The position numbers were made by a program, and so were the translations under genes. DNA of 64,000 bases from the NCBI GenBank assembly GCA_951406725.2, contig OX597833.1, positions 37,510,001 to 37,574,000 of the forward strand, written 5' to 3'. The notes beneath the pieces are model-generated. The model was not told where the DNA came from. It saw only the letters and a program-made list of their open reading frames with translations, and searched no databases. Source of the stretch: Octopus vulgaris (taxonomy: Eukaryota). This document shows, piece by piece, positions 52,162 to 64,000 of the stretch; the stretch's first letter is position 1, and each line of letters opens with the position of its first letter.

Positions 52162-52728
52162 ACATAAATGTGTGTGTGTGTGTGTTTGTCCACCATGTCA
52201 CTTGACAACCAGTGGTGGTTTGTTTACATTACCATAACTTAGCAGTTCGGCAAAATGAGACCGAAATTATATGTCCCAAGCATAGAAAAAAATAAGTACT
52301 GGCATCAATTTGTTGAAGTAAACCCTTCAGGGTGGCGTCCCAGCATGTCTGCAGTTCAATGCCTGATACAAGTGAAAGGTAAAAGGGTACGTATTTAAGA
52401 ATACATTATCTAATGTGTCATTCTCTTTTTATGACAGTTACTTAAAGGCTATTTATAACAGACTGTGGTGACTACTGCATAAACCATTCAGCCATGCAGC
52501 CATTTTCATGTCATGTTGACCTCTTTACTAAATTCAAAACATTTCTGTTTGCAAAACAGGTTTTAAACTTACTTTCTTTTATATTTGTGCATATATGTGT
52601 TCATGTGTGAGTGTATGCGTTTGTGTATTGTGAGCGCACATACTTAAATAGATATTTTAAAGTCTGTGTGCATCTTTGTGTGTGTCTGTGTTTATGTGCC
52701 TGTGTGTGAGTGTACATATGTGCGCATA

Positions 52729-53146
52729 CTCTTTTACTCTTACTCTTTTACTTGTTTCAGTCATTTGACTGTGGCCATGCTGGAGCACCGCCTTTAATCG
52801 AACAACTCGACCCCAGGACTTATTCTTTTGTAAGCCCAGTACTTATTCTATCGGTCTCTTTTGCAGAACCGCTAAGTAACGGGGACATAAACACACCAGC
52901 ATCGGTTGTCAAGCAATGCTAGGGGGACAAACACAGACACACAAACACACAAACACACACACACACATATATATACAAATATACGACAGGCTTCTTTCAG
53001 TTTCCGTCTACAAAATCCACTCACAAGGCTTTGGTCGGCCCGAGGCTATAGTAGAAGACACTTGCCCAAGGTGCAACGCAGTGGGACTGAACTCGGAACC
53101 ATGTGGTTGATAAACAAGCTACTTACCACACAGCCACTCCTGCGCC
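52729..53146 (-). mobile_element. SINE family A, full length
   Basis: Reverse-complement match to 58043-58454; flanked by decayed plus-strand copies at about 52180-52385 and 53265-53450. Confidence 0.92.
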
Positions 53147-53485
53147 TATATATAGACAGATACTTCTAATTCTGTGTGTGTGTGTCTGTGTTTATAAGTA
53201 AATGGTCACATTTATGAAGATGCATTCACCGTATCTTTATAAATGTTATATGTGCATTAAGTGCATGTATGGCTGTGTGGAGGCACAGGTGTGGTAGGAT
53301 GGTAAGATGCTTACTTCCCAATCACATGGTGTGGAGGTTCAATCACACTATGTGGTATTTTAGATAAGTGTCTCTTCCATAGACCCAGGCTGACCAAAAC
53401 TTTGTGAATGGATTTGACAGATGTAAACTGGAAGAAGCCTGTCGTACATAGATATAAATGAATGTGCATATGTGTGTGTGTATGC

Positions 53486-53526
<41 letters not shown>

Positions 53527-53780
53527 GTTTTGGTTTACTAAGTGGCTTGTAACCTGATCCATTAACAGAGCTTTTTATTATGAGTACCACCAGATTAGAT
53601 AAATTGATTTTTTGTGTATTAAATTTATATGTATATGTATGTATGCATATATATATAAATGTACAGACAGACACAAATGCACACATCATTTGTTTATTTT
53701 ACATCTGTTTTTTCATGCTAGCATGGGTTAATTGAACATATTGTTATAAGGCATTGTTTTACAGCCAGATGTCTTTCTTA

Positions 53781-54110
53781 TAATAATTATGAAATTATTG
53801 TATACAGTGCTCAGGTGCACCACAACTTGTCAGAGTATATGCAGTAATGTACAAATGTCTGGAAAGTGAACAATGCATGAGTCAGATACATGCTTGTGTG
53901 TAATCAGGTGTAGTGTTGGCGAATCTCAGAAAGCATGGAAGTTTTGAAGGATGCAGTGCTCCGACAACTAACAACTGATGCTGGCAGTTTGTTCCATGCT
54001 TCAGCAACTCTTAGCATGAAAAAATGTTTCCTGAAGTCATGGGAGCTGTGCTGTTTTCTGACTTTGTAAATATGTCCATGGGTGTTAGATGGGTGGAGTT
54101 TGAAAAGGGT
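53781..54110 (-). mobile_element. CR1-clade LINE 3' end
   Basis: NTHGHIYKVRKQHSSHDFRKHFFMLRVAEAWNKLPASVVSCRSTASFK. Confidence 0.85.
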
Positions 54111-54344
54111 TTCTTGAAAAGGGTTTCTTGTTCGTAACATCTGTTTTTCAAATAAGTGATGTCTTCTTTCACATGTCTTTGATGAAGAATTGTCAATTAA
54201 TGGGAAAAATACAACTTGTAAGAATGTTGGTGTTACAGAGAGATACATATTCTTGACGTGATACAAAGCAAAGAGGACACAGATCAATAAAGAAATGATG
54301 ACGATATCTTTCTTTGTAGCCTCTATAAAATGACATGGTTCATT

Positions 54345-54641
54345 ATCATCATCATCATCATCGTTTAGCGTCCGCTTTCCATGCTAGCATGGGTTGGACG
54401 GTTCAACTGGGGTCTGGGAAGCCAGAAGGCTGCACCAGGCCCAGTCTGGTCTGGCAATGTTTCTACAGCTGGGTGCCCTTCCTAATGCCAACCACTCCGT
54501 GAGTGTAGTGGGTGCTTTTTACGTACCATCGGCACAGGTGCCAGACGAGGCTGGCAAACGGCCACAATCGGATGGTGCTTTTTACGTGCCACCGGCACGG
54601 GGGCCAGGCTAGGCTGGCAACGGCCACAAACGGATGGTGCT
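54345..54641 (-). mobile_element. RTE-type 3' UTR element with 2+ hairpin units
   Basis: Same family as 11888-12410. Confidence 0.85.
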
Positions 54642-56879
54642 TAATTAATTACTTTAGAGGGAAGCTGCTCTCCTATGACAGCTCCCCTATGCATTCTCCT
54701 TTTCTGTCTACCAAGGTTTTAGTTGTGTCAGTTTTGGTAAAACAATTTGAGATCTTTCCTATAACTTTTATTTGTTTTATTCATTGGGCTGCAGTTTCTG
54801 TCAACCAAATCCGCACTTAAAGCTTTGGTAGGCTCAGCGCTATAGCAGATGATCTTTGCATAAGATGCAGTACAGTGGGACAACTCAAAACCACGTGGTT
54901 GAGAAGCAAACCGCACAGCCACGCTAACAAAAAGAAACATAAGAAAAATGATGGAGTCAGATTGATGAAGAAATGGAGGCAGACAGTAAATAAAGTTTCT
55001 GGATCTATCCAGCCAAAATTTCAGTACCACAGACAGGATTTGAACTTGGTACTGTAGGCTACCAAGTTGGCTGAACCATCTATGAACAAACCATGAATCA
55101 TCAATCTTTATAGACACAAAAGAATAACAAAGATTAATGGCCAGTGTAAGGAGGTCCTTTGATGAATTGCTACAGCTTGGTGGTAGTAGTGAGGTGATGA
55201 TGAATGATGAGGCAGAGATGTGGTAATAGCAGTCATTGTGGTGATGGTGGTGGTGGTGGTAGTGGTTGGCGTCATCTGGAACAGTGGTTATGGTGATGTG
55301 ATAGGATAATAGTGGGTCATGGAGCAGAGTAGGAGTGTCATTGCTTCATACCCCACCCCACCCGCCGCCGTGAAACAGTTGTATAGAGAAAAAAAACGGG
55401 ATTAGATTTGGGGAGTGAGGCAGATGGTCTGTCTGTCTCCTTTGGGTGAGTATTGTACCCTTCCTCTTCCATAAAACACCCCACCATCACCGCCACCACA
55501 AGAGGGGCTGAGCATGAAATAATGTACTCTTCAATGTATCTTAGTGCATGATTATATCTGTGTTTGTGCATGTGTGCACATGTGTGTGCATGTGTGTGTG
55601 TGTGTGGAAGAGAAAGAAAAAGGCAGAGAGAAAGTGAAAGGTTGGATGTTGGCTTGTGTAGGACAAAAAGCTAGAGGGGATAGTTACCTCAACATAGGGG
55701 TGGTTTATGTTTGTTAGCAGGAAAAAAGCAATAGTGGGGAGGTGAAGTAGTGCTGTGGGTGGTGGCGGCAGTGGTGGTGATTTTATTAAAGATGATGGTG
55801 AGTGGTTGTTATTACTATTTAGTTCCTGAAAGACAGTTCAATCATGACCATCTCACCTTATTTGCATGTTTACAATTACATTGTCCAATGTATTTTTTTT
55901 CTTTAAAATTACTGTAAAGTATCTTTTGGGGGAGATTTGGTTGCTATCACTTGCAGGAGAGACTCCTTTTGTGATGTTGGTCGGTGTTGTTGGTGAGGTA
56001 GTGGTAAGGTGAGTGTTGCAGGTGATGTGGTAGTAGTGATTTAATAGCAGTTAGCTGGAAAATAAAGGCTTCCTTTACAAGAAGGTAAGATTAGTTGAAG
56101 AGAATAGGGTATAACAGACGGTAACTGTTTTACATGCGGGTTTTGTTTTGTCTATTGAAACTACAAGTAGTAACTTCAATAACAAGAGCAACAGCATTCA
56201 TTCATGAAAGAGGCACAGTTTGTAGCTACAACAAGCATCAACACAGTGCTGTCCCTGCCGCAATGTATCTAAACACAACTTTAATCAACCAGACACATCT
56301 ACAGCATCCCAGAACATTACAACATTACTTGAAAATTATCCACCTCAATCAAGACAAAATACTCAGACATTCCTAGTATTACAGAACACTTCTACAACAT
56401 CTTCCTGTCGATCCCTCACAGTTCAAACAATCACTCTGATGCATCTACAAGACTTCCAGATTTATGCTACAACATAGCCCTCCCAAAAACTGAAGCTCTC
56501 GCTCTCAATCCAAATAATCATCTGGACACATTCATAACATCTATGTATTAGTGATAGAGACAGTATTAATATTGACAGGTGATATTTATCTCCACTTAAA
56601 CATGGATGTTCTCAAAGAACAAACTATACTGTGATAGATAACATGAGAGAAACTCTCATATTGACTTTTGGTGCAATATCACTGGTGGACAGATAAGTCA
56701 CCACCATCTCTACTACATCATAGGATTTGGACCTTCCTTGGTCTTGTCAATGATGGATGCTTGACTGCTAGAGATGGCAGTGACTCATCTCCCCACTACC
56801 ACCATCGCAAGTGATATATAGAAAAACGGTGCCCCCAGGACACTCCTAAACTGCATCCTAAAAACATTGTCCCTCATTC

Positions 56880-57190
56880 TCAGTCCAAAAAAACACCCAT
56901 ATACATTTGTATCCCCCCTAGACACACCTACATCTCCCCCAGACATCTAAATTTTCCAGTTACATCTACATTCTCACCAAACACATCAACATCCTCTCCA
57001 GTCACGTCTATATCTCCTCCAGAAACATCTAAATCTCCCAGACACATCTACATCCTCATCAAACACATCTGCACCTTCTCCAGACACGGCTATATATATT
57101 CCCCCAAACACATCCTCTAAGACACATCTACATCCCTCAGTTCAATCTACATCTTCTCCAAACACATCTACATCCCCCACGCTCATACAC
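56880..57190. repeat. Degenerate ~21-bp minisatellite (ccagacacatctacatctcc-like)
   Basis: Recurrent acacatctac / cagacacatc units. Confidence 0.7.
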
Positions 57191-58042
57191 ATACACACCA
57201 CCACCACCACCACCACCGCTACCACCACCACCACCACCACCACCACCACCACCACCACCACCACCACCACCACCCACAACCACCACCACCACCCAGATAT
57301 GTTTACACACTTCAGCCAAGTCAACACCCACAGACACATTTAAATCCCTATCCCTTTCCCACCCTCTCAATCTAAACAAAGCATCACACTCCAACCTCTA
57401 CCCCAGACACATTCACTTATCTCCCAGACACATCTATACTTATTATAATGTCTTAAATATTCTACCCTCACCTTCCCAGTCCAGTCCATCCAGACAAACA
57501 CCCAAACACATCAAGACACAAAAAATAACACACTCTGCTCCGAGATGTGCTGGGGCGAACAGCATCACTACTACTACTACTACTCCTACTAGATCATGGA
57601 TGAATCACCTTCAATCTCTGAATGTTGTTCATGTTTTAGTGTATATTTGTTAAAATTCTACTTTATTAAGTTTTCTTCATTCATTTACATATACTATTAC
57701 CCTTCCTCCACTCTTACCATTCCCCCCCACACACACTCATCCCATCATATGTCCTCCTTCTCTCTCTCTTCCATACCCCAACTGCCATTGTTTCCATTAT
57801 GTAATCCTTTCAGTGAGAATCAGCAGTACCAATATAAAAGGAACAATAAACGATCTCTTCACTTAACTGATACACTTCTCCCCCACGCCCTCCCTTTACT
57901 GTCTTCCAATTATCTAACAAAACTCCAACTTACTGACCATTTGTCACTCATGTGTATTTATTTTTTTACTTTTACATATAAATGCAACATACACAGATAC
58001 ACACACATGCACATATACATGTTAATACATTATATATATATA

Positions 58043-58454
58043 GGCGCAGGAGTGGCTGTGTGGTAAGTAGCTTGCTTAGCAACCACATGGTTCTGGGTTC
58101 AGTCCCACTGCGTGGCACCTTGGGCAAGTGTCTTCTACTATAGCCTCGGGCCGACCGAAGCCTTGTGAGTGGATTTGGTAGACGGAAACTGAAAGAAGCC
58201 CGTCGCATATATGTATATATATATATATGTGTGCGTGTATGTTTGTGTGTCTGTGCTTGTCCCCCTAGCATTGCTTGACAACCGATGCTGGTGTGTTTAT
58301 GTCCCCGTCACTTAGCGGTTCGGCAAAAGAGATCGATAGAATAAGTACTGGGCTTACAAAAGAATAAGTCCCGGGGTCGAGTTGCTCGGTTAAAGGCGGT
58401 GCTCCAGCATGGCCGCAGTCAAATGACTGAAACAAGTAAAAGAGTAAAAGAGTA
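58043..58454 (+). mobile_element. SINE family A, full length, CpG-rich (young)
   Basis: Complete head, CORE-like segment, microsatellite, 3' stem-loop and (taaaagag)n tail. Confidence 0.93.
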
Positions 58455-58666
58455 ATATATATATAATAAATAATTTGGAGAAAAAATATAATTTGATTAG
58501 TGTGTTTAAATGTTGAGAAGAGCACAAGCACAGTTTAGGCTAACTATTGTCATCCACAGTTGTGGTACACTTCTACTGGATCTATTTCAGGAACTCCACA
58601 GTGACAGTTAGGGTAATAGTATTAATTAATAGTAGGAGGTGGATTTCGTATTAGACTTTTATTAGC

Positions 58667-58710
58667 TACAACATATGTTTCGACCCATCAGTCTGGGTCT
58701 CTTCAGGTAC
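58667..58710 (-). ncRNA. Minimal type I hammerhead ribozyme motif
   Basis: Minus strand gtac-CTGAAGA-GACCCA-gactga-TGGGTC-GAAA-catatgt-T-gta: perfect 6-bp stem II and palindromic stem III region ACATATGT. Confidence 0.7.
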
Positions 58711-58932
58711 ATAGATAAAGAACTTTCACTAGAGATTTTTAATGTCAACTGACTTATTGTTATATGTCCATCAAGTTAAGGAATAAATAAAAGCAACTGA
58801 TATTATAGATATGCAAAAAATTCAAATATGAATGTGGAAATCTTGCGCTCCTGTTTAGGTAAGATAACCTAATCAGTTTTCACTGTCATAGCTATATACA
58901 CATATATGGAAGTACACATCCGCATATACACA

Positions 58933-59387
58933 TCTTCTACATATGTGGGAATCTGTTTGTTTGCGGTGTTAGCTAACTCCTCCTATATCATTTTATCGAT
59001 TTTGATGAAACTTGACACATGAGTAGAATTCATGTCTGAAAAACTAGTGACATACTTAGATATGTTCAAAAAATCGATAATAGGTCCCCTGGAAGGGATT
59101 CTTATATCTACTACATATAACCAATATATTATGTTTAAACATCCAAAGGAAATAACCCATTTGCTCCTGAAAGGGATCCTTATATATAACCAAGGGAAAT
59201 AACCCATTCAGGTTTGTAAGTTATTTCGTATAAATCAAATTGAGTATATTTATTTCTTAGTATTTGAACTATTTGAGTTATTTTCGCAATTTATCCAGTA
59301 CAACGCTTAAACAAGTAAATACCATTTTCCTAAACAATAGAGCCACTTATTTCGGTTAGTGACTTATTCACGAATATACAACACTAG
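58933..59387 (+). mobile_element. Possible decayed non-autonomous Helitron
   Basis: A|TC start, (tgtt)n, cgattttgatgaaacttgacaca shared with 33609-34407, CTAG|T end. Confidence 0.45.
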
Positions 59388-59967
59388 TGCCACTGAGAGT
59401 AATATTCCCTGCAAATGCACAAAAGCTTTTTTTTCAGAGTTATTTACTTTGAATTGTTATTATCTCATTTTTTATTATTATCTGATTAGCCTGTTATTAC
59501 ATAAAATGCTTCACGATTTTAGTATACATACCTCATTAGTATGTCCTCCTAAGTTCTATATACTCTGGGAATGTATTAATGCTCTTTACAGGGCTACTTT
59601 ATTTGAAATCTTACTATCAGGTAATTAATTTTGTGTTATTACATAACTGACTTCACAATTTGAGTATTCATAACCTATTGGGAATTCCTTAAAATAAGAT
59701 CCTGTGTAAGACAGTTTGGTATTCTCAATAAATGCACAAAAACCGTTTTAAGGGCTACATACATTGTATTATTGTTACTGGATTTGAAAAACAATTATGA
59801 GAACGGAACCAAGGGATAAGCCCTGCTTTCCCGGGAGTTACTGGGTATGTCAGCAAGTATATACATATACACACACATACATAAAGATGCATATAGACAC
59901 GTACATTGATCGACACACACACACACATAAAGAGAGACACACACACTTGCATTATACACATTATTTT

Positions 59968-60331
59968 ATTCTTTTGCTTGCTTCAGTCATTTAATTGTGG
60001 CCATGCTAGAGTACTACCTTTAGTCGAACAAATTGACCCCAGAACTTATTATTTTGTAAGGCTAGTACTTATTCTATTGGTCTCTTTTGCCAAACCACTA
60101 AGCTATGGGGATGTAAACAAGCCAATATCGGTTGTCAAGTGATGGGGGGGGGGGAACAAACACAGACACACAAACACACACATATATATACAATGGGCTT
60201 CTTTAAGTTTCCATCTACCAAATCCACTCACAAGGCTTTGGTCAGCCCAAAGCCATAGCAGAAGACACTTGCCCAAGGTACCACACAGTGTAGTCAGGAA
60301 GCAAGCTTCTTACCACACAGTCACTCCTGTG
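59968..60331 (-). mobile_element. SINE family A, decayed
   Basis: Reverse-complement similarity to 58043-58454. Confidence 0.8.
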
Positions 60332-60479
60332 CCTAATCATATATATGCATATCCATTCACATACTCATTCATTTATAGATACATATATCTATATAGATAT
60401 ACACATCTGGATTGTAAAGTTACATTTCTAGATACATGTTATTTGGATGTGGTTCCTTTTTAGTACATGAGATTTTAAC

Positions 60480-61620
60480 TCAGCAGCGATTAATCCAAGT
60501 TTTGGGTGTTAGGTTTGCATCAGTTAGGTGTTGTTTAGATTGTAGTATGTGAATGTGTTTAGCTGTATGCTGGCACCTGGGCAATTGCTCCATAAATCTC
60601 TTTATAATGCACTCCTTTGTTAACAATATTGAGAGTGACTCTTCAGAATACAGCTGACATTTCCAGGATAATGTATTATAGTGACTCACATGTCTAATTA
60701 TGGACCAGGTCAAGTCATATTTTACCTTCTCTTCCTTGAGTCTCCAGATAAAATCAGCCAGTGAAGTTACATGCCATTTAAGGATTTTTGGAAAGCTGGC
60801 AATGTGGTTGTAATATCAATTTTTGAAAATTTTGGCAGAAGCACCAATATATATGTAGAGGCTTCTTCTAGAGTTTATGTGCACTTATACACCACATTTC
60901 TGGACATACATTTATTGTCCAAGGGACATTTAGATCTGTCTCTGCATGAGCATAATTCATTGGGGGTTTTTTTGTTTGCTTGTGTGTAGTGAGCACTAGA
61001 TGAATTGGTTTTATTCAGTATATTCGTGGTCATGGTTATCTTATTATTATTACTACTTCTGGGTGTATTTGTGTTGCTGGTGTGATGCATTGGTTGGTTA
61101 TTGTAGATATTGCAGTTGTTTTTTCTCAGTTGGTTGGTATGATAGTTCGAGTCATTATCATTTTGATGGTTGGTATTAGCATTGTCTCTAGGTTGGTTCT
61201 ATGAGTCACGGTCAATTTTTGAGGGCTTATTTTGAGTGCAGTCTGTTCACTGTCTCAGTTTACGATTATTATGAATGTGGTGCTCTATATTTGATGAATC
61301 AGCATAGGACAGTTTTACAGTGTGACAGTTGAATATTTTGCTGTATGCTCCATTTTTATGGAAGCTACGATCAAGTGCAGAGAAGAATTGTTTCGCAACC
61401 TTGGGTGAAATGTTCACACCCCAGATTGGGTTGTACATCATGGTTTTTGTATTTTCTGTTAAGTCTGTTTGTTCAGGTGCTTGGAGTGGCATTGGGGTTT
61501 TGTGGTGTTAGGTGTTAAATGTGTTGTCTGTTGCTAGTTTCCTCTAACTCATAGTTGGTTCTTATATATTAAGGTTTGTTTAATCTTTTCTCATGTTTTG
61601 GGATTCTATTATCTAGGTTA
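60480..61620 (-). mobile_element. Penelope-like element C-terminal fragment (zinc finger and GIY-YIG), decayed
   Basis: YNPIWGVNI...KIFNCHTVKLSY, CSCRDRSKCPLDNKCMSRNVVYKC, YIGAS, TWSII...CQL. Confidence 0.8.
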
Positions 61621-61685
61621 TTAACTTTATGTGTGAACACAGCTCTAGCTAAGGCTGGATATTGTGGGAAAATTCAATATGCCCC

Positions 61686-61735
<50 letters not shown>

Positions 61736-61750
61736 ATAATGATGATGATG

Positions 61751-61785
<35 letters not shown>

Positions 61786-62164
61786 TAAAGACCTACTCAT
61801 TGAAATTGAGAAAATGTGGCATCTCAAGGCGGTTACAATACCAGTGATCGTAGGAGCACTAGGAATGATCAAGAAGGGAACCAAAAATTATATGAGAATG
61901 ATCCCTGGCTTACCATCCCTGCAAGAAGTGCAAAAGATTGTCTTAACTGGTACATCACACGTATTGAGAAGAGCATTGTCGATGTGAGAACTGTTGCTGC
62001 TCATGTATTTTAATTTAACTTAAAAAAAAAGAAAAAAAAAAAAATGAACGAACTATTGAGTTTGGTTTAATGGCCTACCAATGTATACTATGAGTTTCTT
62101 TGCCCTAGGAGTCGGGAAGACACTCGGCAAGAAATGGAAGCAAATTTGAAAGAAGAAAAAAAAA

Positions 62165-62165
<1 letters not shown>
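61786..62165 (+). mobile_element. Dong/R4-clade RLE retrotransposon 3' end within (TAA)n
   Basis: KDLLIEIEKMWHLKAVTIPVIVGALGMIKKG...LQEVQKIVLTGTSHVLRRALSM*; (aat)n on both flanks. Confidence 0.85.
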
Positions 62166-62205
<40 letters not shown>

Positions 62206-62699
62206 TCTAATAACTCATTGAGTAATAGTACGAATCATTATAATAACTTTACTAAACACAATACTAACCATAAACATATGGAATGTCCAGGTAGCCAGAT
62301 GTCATTTCTCTCGCCTCTCAATATCTTTTACTCTTCTTTTTTTCTCTTCTATTTATTCTAAATCCTTTCAATATTTCTTCCAGGCATTACCCATTACAAT
62401 TTGTCTTGGCCTAATGGCCCTAAACATTTGTCTTTGTCATAAGTCCACTCTGGTGTCATTTGTTTGTATGAAGCCCTGACTCTTCACAAATTTTATTTTT
62501 TAAAAATTTCTGGATGCTGCTGTCTTATGAAGTCTTCTTGCCTTGTTGTTAAAAGCATGAAACGGGTAGTAATAAACAGTTGACAACTGAGGAGGAGTTA
62601 AACTTCTTTTGGTATTTTGTCCTGTACTTGCTGTGTGTTTATGTAATTTTTGCTTGTTGGTAATGTCCTGTACTTAATGTATATCTTTCATTTTAGAGA

Positions 62700-63090
62700 G
62701 TTACACAAATGCCAGAACTGGGCGCCACTGCATAGTGCCAAGGACTCCAAGTTTGCCATCAAGATGTAGGACAAGATACTGTGATAGTCTGGGCTTCTGA
62801 GGTCCACAGCTCTTCAATATCCTCCTGAAGAACCTAAGAGACATGCATGGGGTGGACGCAGATGTCTTTAAAATGAAACTGGCTCTCTTCTTGTCAGGTA
62901 TCCCAGATGAACCAACTTCACGGCAGGAGGTGAAGATGAGGGCAGCTGCATCGAACTCTCTCATGCACCAAATGGCAATTGCTAAAAAGCACTTATGAAG
63001 TAAAATCATGTAGCAACACCAAATGGCGGTACCCCAGCATGGCCACAGCTTGTGAGCTGAAACTAGATAAATAAATAAAATAAATAAAAT
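62700..63090 (+). mobile_element. CR1-like LINE 3' end sharing its tail with SINE A
   Basis: GRHCIVP...GPQLFNIL..NLRD...VFKMKL..FLSGIPDEP...RAAASNSL, then GGCGGTACCCCAGCATGGCCACAG...CTGAAAC and (taaa)n. Confidence 0.8.
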
Positions 63091-63305
63091 ATATATGTGT
63101 GTATAATGCAAGTGTGTGTATGTGTGTGTGTCTGTCTTTGTGTGTGTGTCTGGATATATGTATGTACCTATATGCATCCTCATGTATGTGTGTGTAAATG
63201 TATATATGTATATATGCGGATGTATACTTACATATATGTGTTTGTGTATATATGTATAACTATATATATATGGTGTGGGTATATATATGTGTGTCTGTAT
63301 ATATA

Positions 63306-63597
63306 TCATCATCATCATCATCATTGTTTAACATCCGTTTTCCATGCTAGCATGGGTTGAATGATTTGACCAGGGTCTGGGAAGCCAGGAGGCTGCACCA
63401 GGCTCCAGTCTGATCTGGCAGTGTTTCTACAGCTGGATGCCCTTCCCAATGACAACCACTCCATGAGTGTAGTGGGTGCTTTTTACATGCCACCGGCACG
63501 GAAGCTAGTCAAGGCAGTGCTGGCATCAACCATGTTTGGATGGTGCTTTTTATACGTGCCACCTGCATGGGTATTACAACTACAATTTCCATTTGAT

Positions 63598-63600
<3 letters not shown>
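63306..63600 (-). mobile_element. RTE-type 3' UTR element
   Basis: Same family as 11888-12410. Confidence 0.8.
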
Positions 63601-63646
<46 letters not shown>

Positions 63647-64000
63647 CATACATATAAATAGTAATAATGTGTTTTGAATGGCACAACAATGCACTATAAT
63701 AACAACAATGGACTATAATAATTAGTACTATTTATTATTATTGTTTACAACAAACAATATACAATGCTTCAAGCGAACTACACTACTCTCCTATATATAT
63801 ATCTGTTTCTGTCCCTCTGTCTATACATCTGTATGTAAATGCATGAACATGAAACTACTTGTCAAATCTTCCTTTCTCTTTCTACTTTCTTTTTTCTCTA
63901 AGCAGTTATGACAGTGAAAGCTGATTAGATCATTTAATCTAAACTGGAATGCAAGATTTCCACATTCATACTTGAACATTTTGCGTTTCTATATCTCCCT

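Overview
AT-rich, microsatellite-dense animal DNA. The SINE/LINE/MITE make-up points to a coleoid cephalopod, probably Octopus; this is inferred from repeat content, not a database result. I found no intact host protein-coding gene, so this is most likely a long intron or intergenic region. Almost every ORF in the track is microsatellite read-through or decayed transposon. Content: several decayed Tc1/mariner transposons (one full-length with TIRs); RTE, CR1 and Dong/R4 non-LTR fragments; Penelope-like (PLE) fragments; non-autonomous Helitrons; palindromic MITEs; and at least four tRNA-derived SINE families. Most noteworthy: (1) hammerhead ribozyme motifs at 31035-31102(+) and 58667-58710(-), plus variant-core minimal copies in a PLE-type repeat; (2) a U6 snRNA-RTE 3'-end chimeric retrocopy inserted into a transposase; (3) a CR1-like LINE and the main SINE sharing a 3' stem-loop with compensatory changes; (4) Dong/R4-like elements sitting in (TAA)n arrays; (5) several templated or inverted junction insertions; (6) closely spaced inverted SINE pairs that could be ADAR substrates. 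Boundaries of decayed elements are approximate.
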